A stretch of DNA of 64,000 nt from an uncultured Gemmatimonadales bacterium (lineage in GTDB: Bacteria; Gemmatimonadota; Gemmatimonadetes; Longimicrobiales; Gaopeijiaceae). Under the pieces are notes generated by a model. The model worked only from the letters and a program-made list of their open reading frames with translations, was not told the DNA's origin and ran no database searches. Below, one piece after another: positions 40,009-49,950 of this stretch. The position numbers and the translations under genes are program-made. The stretch is from positions 160,001 through 224,000 of the forward strand of contig CAWGKG010000017.1 of the NCBI GenBank assembly GCA_963823035.1. The letters run 5' to 3'. The number at the start of each line of letters is the position of its first letter. Positions within the stretch are counted from its first letter, which is position 1.

Positions 40009-40773
40009 ATGATGCCAGGTGGACGCTGCCTGGGATCGGCCCTGCTGGCGTTCTGCGTCCTCGTGGCTCGGGCCGATCTCTCCGCCCAGACGGTCTACGG
40101 CGTCCTGCTCGAGCGGGGCACCGAACGGCCCATCGACCTGGCCCTGGTCATGCTGCTCACGGCCGAGGGCGACTCCGTCGACGCCGTGCTCTCGGACGCG
40201 TCGGGGCAGTTCCGGCTGGAGGCTCCCCGGGGCGGTGACTTCCGCCTCGCCGCGAGCGCGCTGGGGTACAAGCCGACCCTCGCCGCCGGCGTGCTCAGCC
40301 TCCCGAAGGGGACGGCCATGTCCCTCCAGTTCAGGATCGAGCCGCAACCCATCGAGATCGCCGGGGTCACCGTCGATGCCCTGGCCTCGAAGATCCGGCA
40401 GCCGCGGCTCGTTCGGAACGGCTTCGTGGAGCGGGCCAACCGGGGTTTCGGGCGCTTCGTCACACCGGTGGACATCGAGAGGTCCGCAGCTCCCAGCACG
40501 TCGGACCTGCTGGCGCGGACGGGGCGCGTCACCACGCGGTATGCCCTGGGAGGCGACCGCATCATCATGCGCGGGCCCAGGGGCTACTGCGCACCCACCG
40601 TGTACGTGGACGGCGTCCGGGTCGACCTCTCCGACATCCCCATCGACGCGATCGCACCCAGGTTCGATCTCGACGCCGCCGAGGTCTACCGGTCGGCGGT
40701 CGAGGCCCCTCCGCGCTTCGGAGGAGGGCTGGAGGGCTGCGGGGTGATCGTCCTCTGGACGAAGGCCCGCTAG
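40009..40773 (+). CDS. Carboxypeptidase-regulatory-like plus TonB plug-like domain protein (no barrel)
   Basis: Signal peptide, SDASGQFRL, GFGRFVT, CAPTVYVDG, AAEVYR and CGVIVLWTK. Confidence 0.75.
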   Translation: MMPGGRCLGSALLAFCVLVARADLSAQTVYGVLLERGTERPIDLALVMLLTAEGDSVDAVLSDASGQFRLEAPRGGDFRLAASALGYKPTLAAGVLSLPKGTAMSLQFRIEPQPIEIAGVTVDALASKIRQPRLVRNGFVERANRGFGRFVTPVDIERSAAPSTSDLLARTGRVTTRYALGGDRIIMRGPRGYCAPTVYVDGVRVDLSDIPIDAIAPRFDLDAAEVYRSAVEAPPRFGGGLEGCGVIVLWTKAR

Positions 40774-40812
40774 AGGAATCGCGGGCGGCGAAGCCCTGCG
40801 GTCGCGACACCG

Positions 40813-43644
40813 TCACCCGGTGCTCTGCATCGCGGCGGCGATCCCGTTGATGCTGAGGAAGAGCGCGTGCCGGAGCTCGTCACGCTGAGCCTCGTCGGAC
40901 GTGGCGCGGAAGCGCCGCAGCAGCTCGATCTGGACGAGGTTGAGCACGTCCGTGTACGGATTGCGCAGCTCGATGGAGCGCTGGATCACCGGATCGGAGT
41001 CGAGAAGCGACTCCTGGCCCGGTGATCCGCAGGATCGCCCTGCTGCCGCGCCACAGGTCGTCGAGCACGCGTCCGTGGAAGTCGGACGCCTCGTCGCCCT
41101 GTCGCACGAGGCGATCGTACGCCTCGGCGACGACCGGCCGCGCGCGCGCCATCTCCCGCTGGGCATTGTCCACGAGCGCCCGGAAGAACGGCCAGTCCGC
41201 GTAGAGCCCGGCGAGGTCGTCGGCCGCCTCGGGGTCGTCGGCGAGGAGCCCACCGAGCCCCGCGCCCGTCCCGTACCAACCGGGCACGTTGTAGCGCACC
41301 TGGGTCCAGGCGAACACCCACGGGATGGCGCGCAATCCCTCGAACGCGACCTCCGCCGAGCTCCGCGGGAGACGGGTCGCGACGCGATGGGAAGCCGGCT
41401 GATGTGCTCGATGGGCGTCACCGCGTGTACCATCCCAGAACCCCTCGTCGTGGATGAGGGCGTGGTACGCCGCCATGGAGCGCTCGGCGAGGTCGTCGAG
41501 CAACGCTGCCGCCCGCCGGGAAGGTGCGTATCCCACATCCTCCGACCCGACCTCTTCGACGGTCCCGCGCGGAGTCAGCGTCAGCATCATGGCGCTCACG
41601 ATCTGCTCGAGGTGTCGACGCGCCAGGTCGGGCAGCCCGTAGCGGAAGGAGATCACCTCGCCCTGCTCCGTGAAGCGGATGCGGCCGTTGTGGACCGACG
41701 GCGGGCGTGGACAGGATCGCGCGGTTCGCCGCCCGCCGCCCCGGCCGACCGTGCCACCGCGTCCGTGGAAGAGGCGGAGATCCACGCCGTGCTGCGCGCA
41801 CACGCGACCGAGCGCATCCTGCGCGAGGTGCAGCGCGCGGTTCGCCATCCAGTAGCCGCCGTCCTTGTTGCTGTCGGAGTAGCCGAGCATGACCTCCTGG
41901 AGGCCGCCCCGGGCGTCGAGCTGCTTCCGGTAGAGATCGCTCGTGAACAGCGCCCTCATGCGCTCGGGCGCGGCCTCGAGGTCCTCGACCGTCTCGAAGA
42001 GCGGCACGAAGTCGAGCGCCGATCGCACCCGCTCCGCCCGTGATCGACCACAGCCCGACCTCCTTGGCGAGGAGCATCGGCTCGAGCAGGTCGCTCACCG
42101 TGTGGGTCATGCTCACGATCCAGCTCCCCACCGACGTCCGGCTCCCGTCGCGGCCGCGTCGCTCACGACCCCGAGCGCGGCCAGCAGCTCGGCCGCCTCA
42201 TCGGGCAGCTCGGCACCCGGTGGAAGGAGAGGACGCGGGTTCTCGAGCTCGCGCACCAGCAGCGCCTGGCGTGCCTCCTCGTCCAGCCCCGCGTAGTCGC
42301 TCCTCGACGCCGGCCGCGGCGAGCAGCGCGGCCACCGCGCGCTCGTGCACCTCGGCTGTGCTGGCGAACGTCCAGCGCGGCCAGGTGGAAGCCGAACGTG
42401 CGGGCCAGCGAGAGCACGCGTGCCAGGCGCCCGTGCCGGGCCACGCTCTCGAAGCCGGTGGCCACGAGGCACCGCTCGATCAGCTCCAGATCCTGCGACG
42501 AACCGTGCGGCGTCGTAGGTCGGCGACTCGCGTCCTTCCGCCTCCTCCGCCGCACGGGACAGCTCGCGCAGCCTGACCGCGATGTGCGAGGCCTTGCGGC
42601 GGTAGGGCTCGTGGCGGAAGGCCCGAGCCTCCCGCTCTGGCAGCGGCGCCTCCTGCTCGTCGCGCGCCAGGGAAGCCGCCAGATCGTCCGGCACGGGCAC
42701 CTGCAGCTCCGAGAGGCTCAGCTCGTAACGCAGGGCCTCCATCTCCTCGACGTGCCGCTGCGAGCGCCGCCTGCCTCTGCACCGCGAAGGTCCATCGCGT
42801 GACGTCGGCGGTGACGTACGGATTGCCGTCGCGATCGCTGCCGATCCACGAGCGATAGCGCAGGAATGCCGGGAGATCGGGCGCGGCGTCGTAGTGGCGC
42901 TGCAGCGCGCGCCGCACGTCCGCGTGGATCCGCGGGACCGTATCCCAGATGATACCCGCCAGGAAGTGGAGACCCTGGCGGACCTCGTCGCGGACGTCGG
43001 GTCGGTCGGCGCGGATCTCCTCGGTGGCCAGAAGGAGCAGGATCTCGTCGTAGACGGAGTCCAGGAGCCCTTGCTTCTCCTCGGGCGTGGCCTCGGTGCG
43101 ACGCAGGCGGCCCAGGAAGTCGGCGATCCTGCGCTGCTTCTCGAGGACGGTACGCCTGCGCGCCTCGGTGGGATGCGCCGTGAGCGTCGGCTGGATGTCG
43201 AGGCGGGCGAGCATCCGCTCGACCGTGTCGAGCGGGACGCCGGCTCGCGCCAGGTTCCGGATGCGTCTCGGCGATCGACTCGGGCCGGGCGGCTTCGCTA
43301 CCACCTTCCCGAGCGCGCTCGCGGTTCACGCGGATGATCTCCTGCTTCTCCGCCTGGTTGACGAGGTGGAAGAAGGAGGTGAACGCCCGGAGCAGGGCCA
43401 CGAGGTCCTCGAGGTCGAGACCAGCCACCCGCGCGGCGGCGCGCTCCCGCTTGGAGGCGTCGCCGTCGCGCTCCGCCTCCCTGCAGAGGAGGCGCAAATC
43501 CTCCACGAGCCCCAGCGTCTCCTCGCCGTAGCGCGCGCGGAGCGCCTCGCCGAGCATCGAGCCCAGCAGGTTCACGTTCCTGCTGAGAGGACGTGAGATC
43601 CCCGTCCCCTCCGTTTCGATGTCCAGCCCTTCCCAGCGACTCAT
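40813..43644 (-). CDS. ppc: Phosphoenolpyruvate carboxylase (many frameshifts)
   Basis: LTAHPTE, SWIGSDRDGNP, VPLFET, QEVMLGYSDSNKDGG, FHGRGGTVGRGG, TEQGE, LRAIPWVFAWTQ, LRNPY and GIAAAMQSTG, all in order across frames. Confidence 0.93.
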
Positions 43645-43833
43645 CGAGCGTCCTTTCTCCACCGCGGGCACATGGGCGCTCTCCCGGTACCCGCTCATGC
43701 GTCGGGGTTCTCGTGTCGGGCCGGCGTCCGTGACGCCCTCCCTTGCCAGGCCAGCCGCCTGATGTGAGAGTGGCGGACCCCAAAAGCTCCGCCAACTCCC
43801 GGAATCGATGTCACCCCGTCGGATCAACGCCGC

Positions 43834-45028
43834 ATGACCCTGCCGGGCGCCCTGGGCGCGCTGGGGGCCGTCGTCGCGTCGAGCTCGTCAGCTACGCGCT
43901 CATCGGCCTCTCGGGCTGGCTCCTGTCCAGGCATATACCGCGCCGCCGAACGCTGCTCGCGGATCAGACGAAGAAGCTGGACCGCCTGGCCAACGCCGAG
44001 GGGATCCGCCCGCGCATCCACCCGGTGCTGGGGTGGGACTACCTGCCCGACTACTCGACCGACACCGACACGGTGAACAGCATGGGGCTGCGCAGCGTCC
44101 GGGAGTACGCCCCCGAGCCGCCGCCGGGAGTTCGGCGGATCGCCGCCTTCGGAGACTCGTTCACGTACGCCGGCGAGGTCTCCGACGAGGGGTGCTGGGC
44201 CGCCCGTGTCGAGGCCGGGTGGCGCGCCGAGGTCCTGAACTACGGCATCGGGGGGTACGGGCCCGACCAGGTGTACCTCCGCTACCTCGACGAGGGACAC
44301 CGCATGAAGCCCGACGTGGTTCTGATCGGCTTCGTGCCGCTCATGGCCAGTCGGGTGGTGAGCCGCTATCGGCGCTTCCAGGACCCTCGGGACGGTCCAT
44401 GGTTCAAGCCCCGCTTCGTGCTCGAGGGCGAAGACCTCCGGCTGGTATCGCCGCCCGTGGCGTCTCGCGAGGATGCGCTGCGCCTCCTCGAGAACCCTTC
44501 CCTGGTCGCGCAGATGTCCGCAGGGGACTTCTGGTACGTGCCTGCCATCTATGAGCACCGCCTGCACGACTGGTCCGCGACGTACCGCCTGCTCACCTAT
44601 TTCTTCGCCTGGCTCAACCGGCGCCACCTGCACCGGGATCGCATCCACAAGGGTCGGTTCCTCAACCCCGATGCCGAGTCGTACCGGATCCTCACGCGCC
44701 TCTACCGGAAGTTCGGCGAAGCCGTCCGGGCCAACGGCGCGGAGCCGGTGGTCATGCTGTTTCCCACCCGAGGCGACCTGGAGATGTACGCCGCGTCACG
44801 CCAGACCACCTACCAGACGCTGGCCGCAACCTTCGTGGAGGCGGGTCTGGGCGTGGTCGACCTCGCGGAGCCGCTGGTCCTGTCCGGCATACCCCTCCCG
44901 GAGTTGTTCGCGCCGAAGGGCCACCTGTCGGACAAGGGAACGAGATGGTGGCTCGGCGGTCGCGGCCGCGCTGGCCCTCCGCCGGAGGGAGAGCCCGCCG
45001 ACCGCCCGTTGCCGCAGGCGCCAGATAG
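43834..45028 (+). CDS. Membrane-anchored SGNH/GDSL-fold protein (SxtL-like; indels near both ends)
   Basis: N-terminal TM, HPVLGW, NSMGLR, block I AFGDSFT, block II NYGIGGYGPDQ and block V PKGHLS. Confidence 0.8.
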
Positions 45029-45132
45029 CCGCGAGATTGCGGAAGCAGCCTGCCACGGCGCACAATGTTCAATCAGCGGTTCCGGTGGCCCGCCCCTCCG
45101 GGATCACTCCCCCCCCGAGTAGACACCTGCCC

Positions 45133-47454
45133 ATGTCCACTGCCCGTTCCGAGTTGAACCCTTTGGGGCTTGCCTTCTCCTTCGACGAGGGCAACGCCGC
45201 CCAGGCCCCCCGAGCCACGACCCTGGGCCACCGTAGGGCGTACTACCACCTGGTCAACGTCGAGGAGCACCCCGAGATCCTGCCTCTGGCCCACGACCAC
45301 CTCGTGGAGCGGATCGGCCAGGCCTGGACGGGGGGGACCGACATGGCGGCGGCCCTGGCGGCCCTCGCGGACGACCCGGCGGCGCTCGGAAAGGTGGAGG
45401 CCCTCCTCTCCGGATCCCGCCCACGCTTCGCGCGTCCCTGGCGCCAGGACAGCGAGGACCTGACGCGCAGGCAGGTCCTGCACTATTTCGTCCAGTACAT
45501 GCCCACGGCGTTCGTGGACGGGTGTTGGCTACAGTGCGGATTGAGGGTGGCCGCCGCGCACACGCGTGTGGGAGCGGCGCTCACCGGCCTGTACGAGCAT
45601 CAGGTCCGGGCGTTCAACGCGGACCCGGGGCGGCACTTTGTGGCCGACTACCGAGCGGTCTACCAGCGCCTGGGGTCCCCGCTCGAGGAGGTGTCCACCC
45701 GCTCCTTTTCCGAGCGTCCGGACATCCGCGAGACCAGCCTGGGGCTGCCGATCCTGCTCATGTGCATCGCGCAGTTCCCCCGGGCCCACGTCGCCGAGCT
45801 CCTCGGCCTGAACCTGAGCTGGCACCATCTCGACCTGTGCGCCTTCGGGCCCGACCTGATCCGCGACATCTGTCAGGCCTACGCGCTCCCCTCGTACGGC
45901 GACGACCTCGGCGGCGCAGAGTACCTGGATCGCGGCCGGGAGATGGCCTCGGCGGCCGTCGCCGACTTCCTTTCCGGTTCGGAGCCCGACCTGGTGGACG
46001 AGGCATGGCGCGGCGTGCTTCGTGGGGTCTGCCTCGGGTCGGCGGCTTGGTCGGATTGGTTCGAGGAGACCGCGGCCGCGGCCCCCGACGGCCCCCCCGA
46101 CCCGCGCCAGGAGATGATCGACCTCTTGTGGCGCAAAGCTCCGCACGCGCGGGGATACCACGCCGACAAGACGATCGGCTCACGCAAGATCGACGACCAC
46201 CTGGACCCGGCGAACTTCGACGGCCCGGCGATCCTCGCGGACCTGGCCCGGTCGCCCTGGGTGAAGCCGGGGGCCTCGGACCGCAGCCAGCTCCTCAAGG
46301 GTCTGGTGGAGTTCGGCGGGCCCATGCTGGCGGTGTTCTCGCCGGTGGAGCTGCAGATCATGCACGCGTGGATCGACAGCCTTCCCGCGCAGGGCTCGTC
46401 CAACGGGTCGGACGCCCCCGAGGAGGTCCAGGCGGGTCCGTCGGCTCCGTCCATCCCGACCGAGCTCACGGTGTCGGGGCGGGCCTGGGCGCGTGAGGAC
46501 CTCCGGCGACGCAGCGAGGATCGGTTCGCCAACCTCACCGTGCGGGAGCTCTACCACTACCTGATCAACGTGGAGTTCTATCCGGACATCCTTCCCGTGG
46601 CCGAGCGCTTCGCCCGGGACCGGCTCGAGCGGTCCATGGCCATGCTCTGGAAGGGCGCGCGGCCGATCCCGTCGCGTCGTTACGATCCGGAGGCGCTGGA
46701 GCGGTGGGTGTACAAGAAGCACCGCGAGCAGGTGGACTCCTATCGTCCGCCGGGCGAGCGCCCCGATGCGCCCAGGGAACCGTTCATCGAGTCCACCGTG
46801 CAGCTCGCGCCGCTGATCCTCATCGACGGCGGCTGGCTGCAGGGGATGGCGTCCCCCGCGCTCATCCACACCACGGTCGGACGGATGCTGTTCCACGTGC
46901 TCGTGGAGGAGATCGGGGAAGGCAATCCCGACGAACACCATGCCAATATCTACCGGGACCTGCTGGCGGCCATGGGTGAGGACGCGCCCCCTGTGGACAC
47001 GTGGGAGTTCGCCCGATGGACGCGCCTGCGGGACGTGTCCTTCGAGGTGCCTACGCTCTGGCTGAGCATGTCCTGCTTCCCGCGCCACTTCCTCCCCGAG
47101 ATCCTGGGCCTGAACCTGGCGGTCGAGCTCGCAGGGATCGGCGGGCCCTACATGGAGGCCCGCGACACGCTCAAGCGCTTCGGGTATCCGACCCTGTTCG
47201 TCGAGGTCCACAATGCGGCGGACAACGTGTCCGTGGGGCACGCGGCCTGGGCGATGAACGCGATCAAACGGTACATCGACGACGTCGCGGATCGGGAAGG
47301 ACCCCACAGCATCGACCACGCGTGGCACCGGGTGTGGACCGGCGTGCGCGCGACGCTCCCGCAGATCGGGCGCGTGCGCCTGATGGTCCACCGGATCGCG
47401 AGGCGTCTGTTCGCGGAAGACCCGCGACTCGTCCCTCTCATCTTCCCGTCCTGA
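45133..47454 (+). CDS. Iron-containing redox enzyme with two heme-oxygenase-like diiron (HDO) domains
   Basis: Internal duplication (YYHLVNVEEHPEIL...PTAFVDGCWLQ vs YHYLINVEFYPDIL...PLILIDGGWLQ). The C-terminal domain has EEIGEG..HHANIY, NLAVEL and HNAADN..GH. Confidence 0.85.
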   Translation: MSTARSELNPLGLAFSFDEGNAAQAPRATTLGHRRAYYHLVNVEEHPEILPLAHDHLVERIGQAWTGGTDMAAALAALADDPAALGKVEALLSGSRPRFARPWRQDSEDLTRRQVLHYFVQYMPTAFVDGCWLQCGLRVAAAHTRVGAALTGLYEHQVRAFNADPGRHFVADYRAVYQRLGSPLEEVSTRSFSERPDIRETSLGLPILLMCIAQFPRAHVAELLGLNLSWHHLDLCAFGPDLIRDICQAYALPSYGDDLGGAEYLDRGREMASAAVADFLSGSEPDLVDEAWRGVLRGVCLGSAAWSDWFEETAAAAPDGPPDPRQEMIDLLWRKAPHARGYHADKTIGSRKIDDHLDPANFDGPAILADLARSPWVKPGASDRSQLLKGLVEFGGPMLAVFSPVELQIMHAWIDSLPAQGSSNGSDAPEEVQAGPSAPSIPTELTVSGRAWAREDLRRRSEDRFANLTVRELYHYLINVEFYPDILPVAERFARDRLERSMAMLWKGARPIPSRRYDPEALERWVYKKHREQVDSYRPPGERPDAPREPFIESTVQLAPLILIDGGWLQGMASPALIHTTVGRMLFHVLVEEIGEGNPDEHHANIYRDLLAAMGEDAPPVDTWEFARWTRLRDVSFEVPTLWLSMSCFPRHFLPEILGLNLAVELAGIGGPYMEARDTLKRFGYPTLFVEVHNAADNVSVGHAAWAMNAIKRYIDDVADREGPHSIDHAWHRVWTGVRATLPQIGRVRLMVHRIARRLFAEDPRLVPLIFPS

Positions 47455-47463
47455 GGACCCGCC

Positions 47464-49285
47464 GTGTCGACGTACATCCTGGGAATCTCCGCATTCTACC
47501 ACGACAGCGCCGCAGCCCTGCTCAAGGACGGCGAGATCGTGGCGGCGGCGCAGGAGGAGCGCTTCACCCGGATCAAGGGCGACTCCTCCCTGCCGATGCA
47601 CGCCATCAGGTACTGCCTGAAGGAGGCGGGCATCGGCGTGGCCGACCTCGCCTACGTCGGCTTCTACGACAAGCCGAGGCTCAAGTTCAGGCGAATCCTC
47701 CAGACCTACCTGGGCGTGGCCCCCGGGGGCATCGAGTCCTTCCTGTCGGCGCTGCCTCTGTGGCTCACCAACAAGCTGTTCATCGAAGGTCAGATCAGGA
47801 AGAGCGCTCGGCTACGACGGCGAGATCCTCTATCCGGCCCACCACGAGTCGCACGCGGCCAGCGCGTTCTTCCCCTCTCCCTTCCGAGAGGCCGCGATCC
47901 TGACCATCGACGGCGTGGGGGAGTGGGCCACGACGTCCTGGGGGGTGGGGCGCGACGCCGGCCTCCAGCTCCTGCACGAGCTGCGGTGGCCCGACTCGGT
48001 GGGCCTGCTGTACTCGGCGTTCACGTCGTTCACGGGGTTCAAGATCAACTCCGGCGAATACAAGGTGATGGGGCTGGCGCCGTACGGAGAGCCGCGGTTC
48101 GTCCAGGTGATCCTCGACGAGCTGGTGGACCTCCAGGAGGACGGCTCGTTCCGGCTCAACCAGAAGTACTTCAACTACCTCACCGGGCTGACCATGACGA
48201 ACGACGCGTTCTCCGAGCTGTTCGGAGGCCCGCCGAGAGCGCCGGAGAGCAAGCTCACGCAGCGGGAGATGGACCTCGCTCGTTCCGTGCAGGAGGTGGT
48301 CGAGGAGATCATGCTGCGCATGGCCAGGACCGTCCATCGCGAGACGGGACTCGACAGCCTGTGCATGGCCGGTGGTGTGGCGCTGAACTGCGTCGGCAAC
48401 GGGAGGATCCTGCGGGAGGGGCCCTTCGAGAACATCTGGATCCAACCGGCGGCGGGCGACGCGGGCGGCGCGCTCGGCGCCGCGCAGCTCGTCTGGCATC
48501 GGTACCTGAAGAAGGAGCGCACCGTCCGCTCCGGTGACGCCATGCGCGGCTCGTATCTCGGTCCGTCCTTCACGGACGCCGAGATCGAGGCCTTCCTCCA
48601 ATCCGTGGACGCGGGCTACGAGCACCTCGAGCGGACGGAGCTCACGCGACGGGTCGCGGCGCTCCTGGCCGACGAGAAGATCGTCGGGTGGTTCAACGGC
48701 AGGATGGAGTTCGGGCCGCGTGCGCTGGGCTCGCGGAGCATCCTCGGGGATGCGCGCAGCCCGCGGATGCAGGCGCAGATGAACCTGAAGATCAAGTTCC
48801 GCGAGAGCTTCCGCCCCTTCGCGCCCAGCGTGCTGCGCGAACGGGTGTCCACGTTCTTCGAGATGGATGTGGATTCTCCCTACATGCTGCTCGTCGCCCC
48901 GGTGAAGGAGGATCGCCGGCTCCCGATGCCCGAGGGCTCCGAGGAGCTGTGGGGCATCGCGAAGCTGAACGTGCCCCGCTCCGACATTCCGGCCGTGACG
49001 CACATCGACTACTCGGCCCGCGTCCAGACGGTGACCGCCTCCACGAATCCCGACTACCACGCGCTGATCCAGGCCTTCGAGGAGCAGACCGGCTACGGCG
49101 TCGTCGTGAACACGTCGTTCAACGTCCGCGGCGAGCCCATCGTGTGCACGCCCGAAGATGCCTACCGGTGCTTCATGCGCACCCACATCGACTACCTCGT
49201 GCTCGGCGACTACCTGCTCGCGAAGGACGCGCAGCCGGAGTGGAAGGAAGCCGGGGACTGGCGCACCGAGTTCGAGCTCGACTGA
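47464..49285 (+). CDS. NodU/CmcH/SxtI-type O-carbamoyltransferase (frameshift near 47805)
   Basis: ILGISAFYHDSAAAL, QEERFTR, HHESHAASAF, DGVGEW, GEYKVMGLAPYG, GGVALNC, EFGPRALG, KFRESFRPFAP and NTSFNVRGEPIV. Confidence 0.95.
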
Positions 49286-49525
49286 GTGACGCGCCGGGGT
49301 CGCCTCCCGGCTTCGACTTCCCTTCCGGATGGTGTGACCGTGATTCTCAGAGTGATCGGCCGCTTGCTGCTCCTGGCCCTCTTCTACCTGATCCTGACGC
49401 CCATCGCCTTGATTCGCAGGGCGGTGGCCGGCAACCCCATGCGTCACCGGCGGGGCGAGCGGGGCTACTGGACCCCGGTGAAAGCCCCCAGCCCCGACGC
49501 GGCCGACATGCGTCGACCGTCCTGA
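49286..49525 (+). CDS. Short SxtJ-like membrane protein (start uncertain)
   Basis: RLLLLALFYLILTPIALIRR..GNPM....GYW.........MRRP resembles the C-terminal half of the SxtJ family. Directly follows the carbamoyltransferase. Confidence 0.7.
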   Translation: MTRRGRLPASTSLPDGVTVILRVIGRLLLLALFYLILTPIALIRRAVAGNPMRHRRGERGYWTPVKAPSPDAADMRRPS

Positions 49526-49609
49526 ACCGGTATCGTTCTTGCACATCGGGGGCGGAACGAGTCGATCGGCCGGCGCGCCCCGGTCCTGCCCCACGGAGAT
49601 GTTGATTCC

Positions 49610-49741
49610 ATGAAGAGCGACGCCAGCCGCGACGCGGCTCCTGCCCCGGGATTCTTCGCGAAGTTGCTCGGCGGTGTACGTAGCCGCCTGCGGAAGCTGT
49701 TCGGCAAGAACGACGACCCGAACATCTACCCCTTCTTCTAG
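49610..49741 (+). CDS. 43-aa small protein ending DPNIYPFF, in the SxtK/DUF5989 position
   Basis: GGAG upstream. Translates to MKSDASRDAAPAPGFFAKLLGGVRSRLRKLFGKNDDPNIYPFF*. Missing from the ORF track because it is too short. Confidence 0.7.
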   Translation: MKSDASRDAAPAPGFFAKLLGGVRSRLRKLFGKNDDPNIYPFF

Positions 49742-49950
49742 GAGTGGCCAGGAGGGGCGCGTAGCTCCGCAGCGCCGCCTTTCGACGCCGGCGCGGGTTG
49801 TTGCGTTGGCGTGACATTTGTCGTGCGCGGGTCACGACCACACCACGGTCCGTCGTGACCATGCGGGTCACGGTCCCAGAGGTTTTCCCTCGCCGCTTCG
49901 CCGCCGTATCTTCGCGCGGCCTGAGACGAACCCTCCGACGGACCGGGACG

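Noticed and set aside
40813..43644. ppc, and also susC, mmsA, dmsA, MATE, the carbamoyltransferase and DUF885, as pseudogenes or programmed frameshifts
   Set aside because: Indels are scattered across many unrelated genes while catalytic motifs remain intact and no accumulated nonsense codons are evident. This fits uncorrected long-read errors better.
43834..49741. Saxitoxin biosynthesis cluster
   Set aside because: Only an sxtIJKL-like module is present. There is no sxtA, sxtG, sxtB or other core gene.
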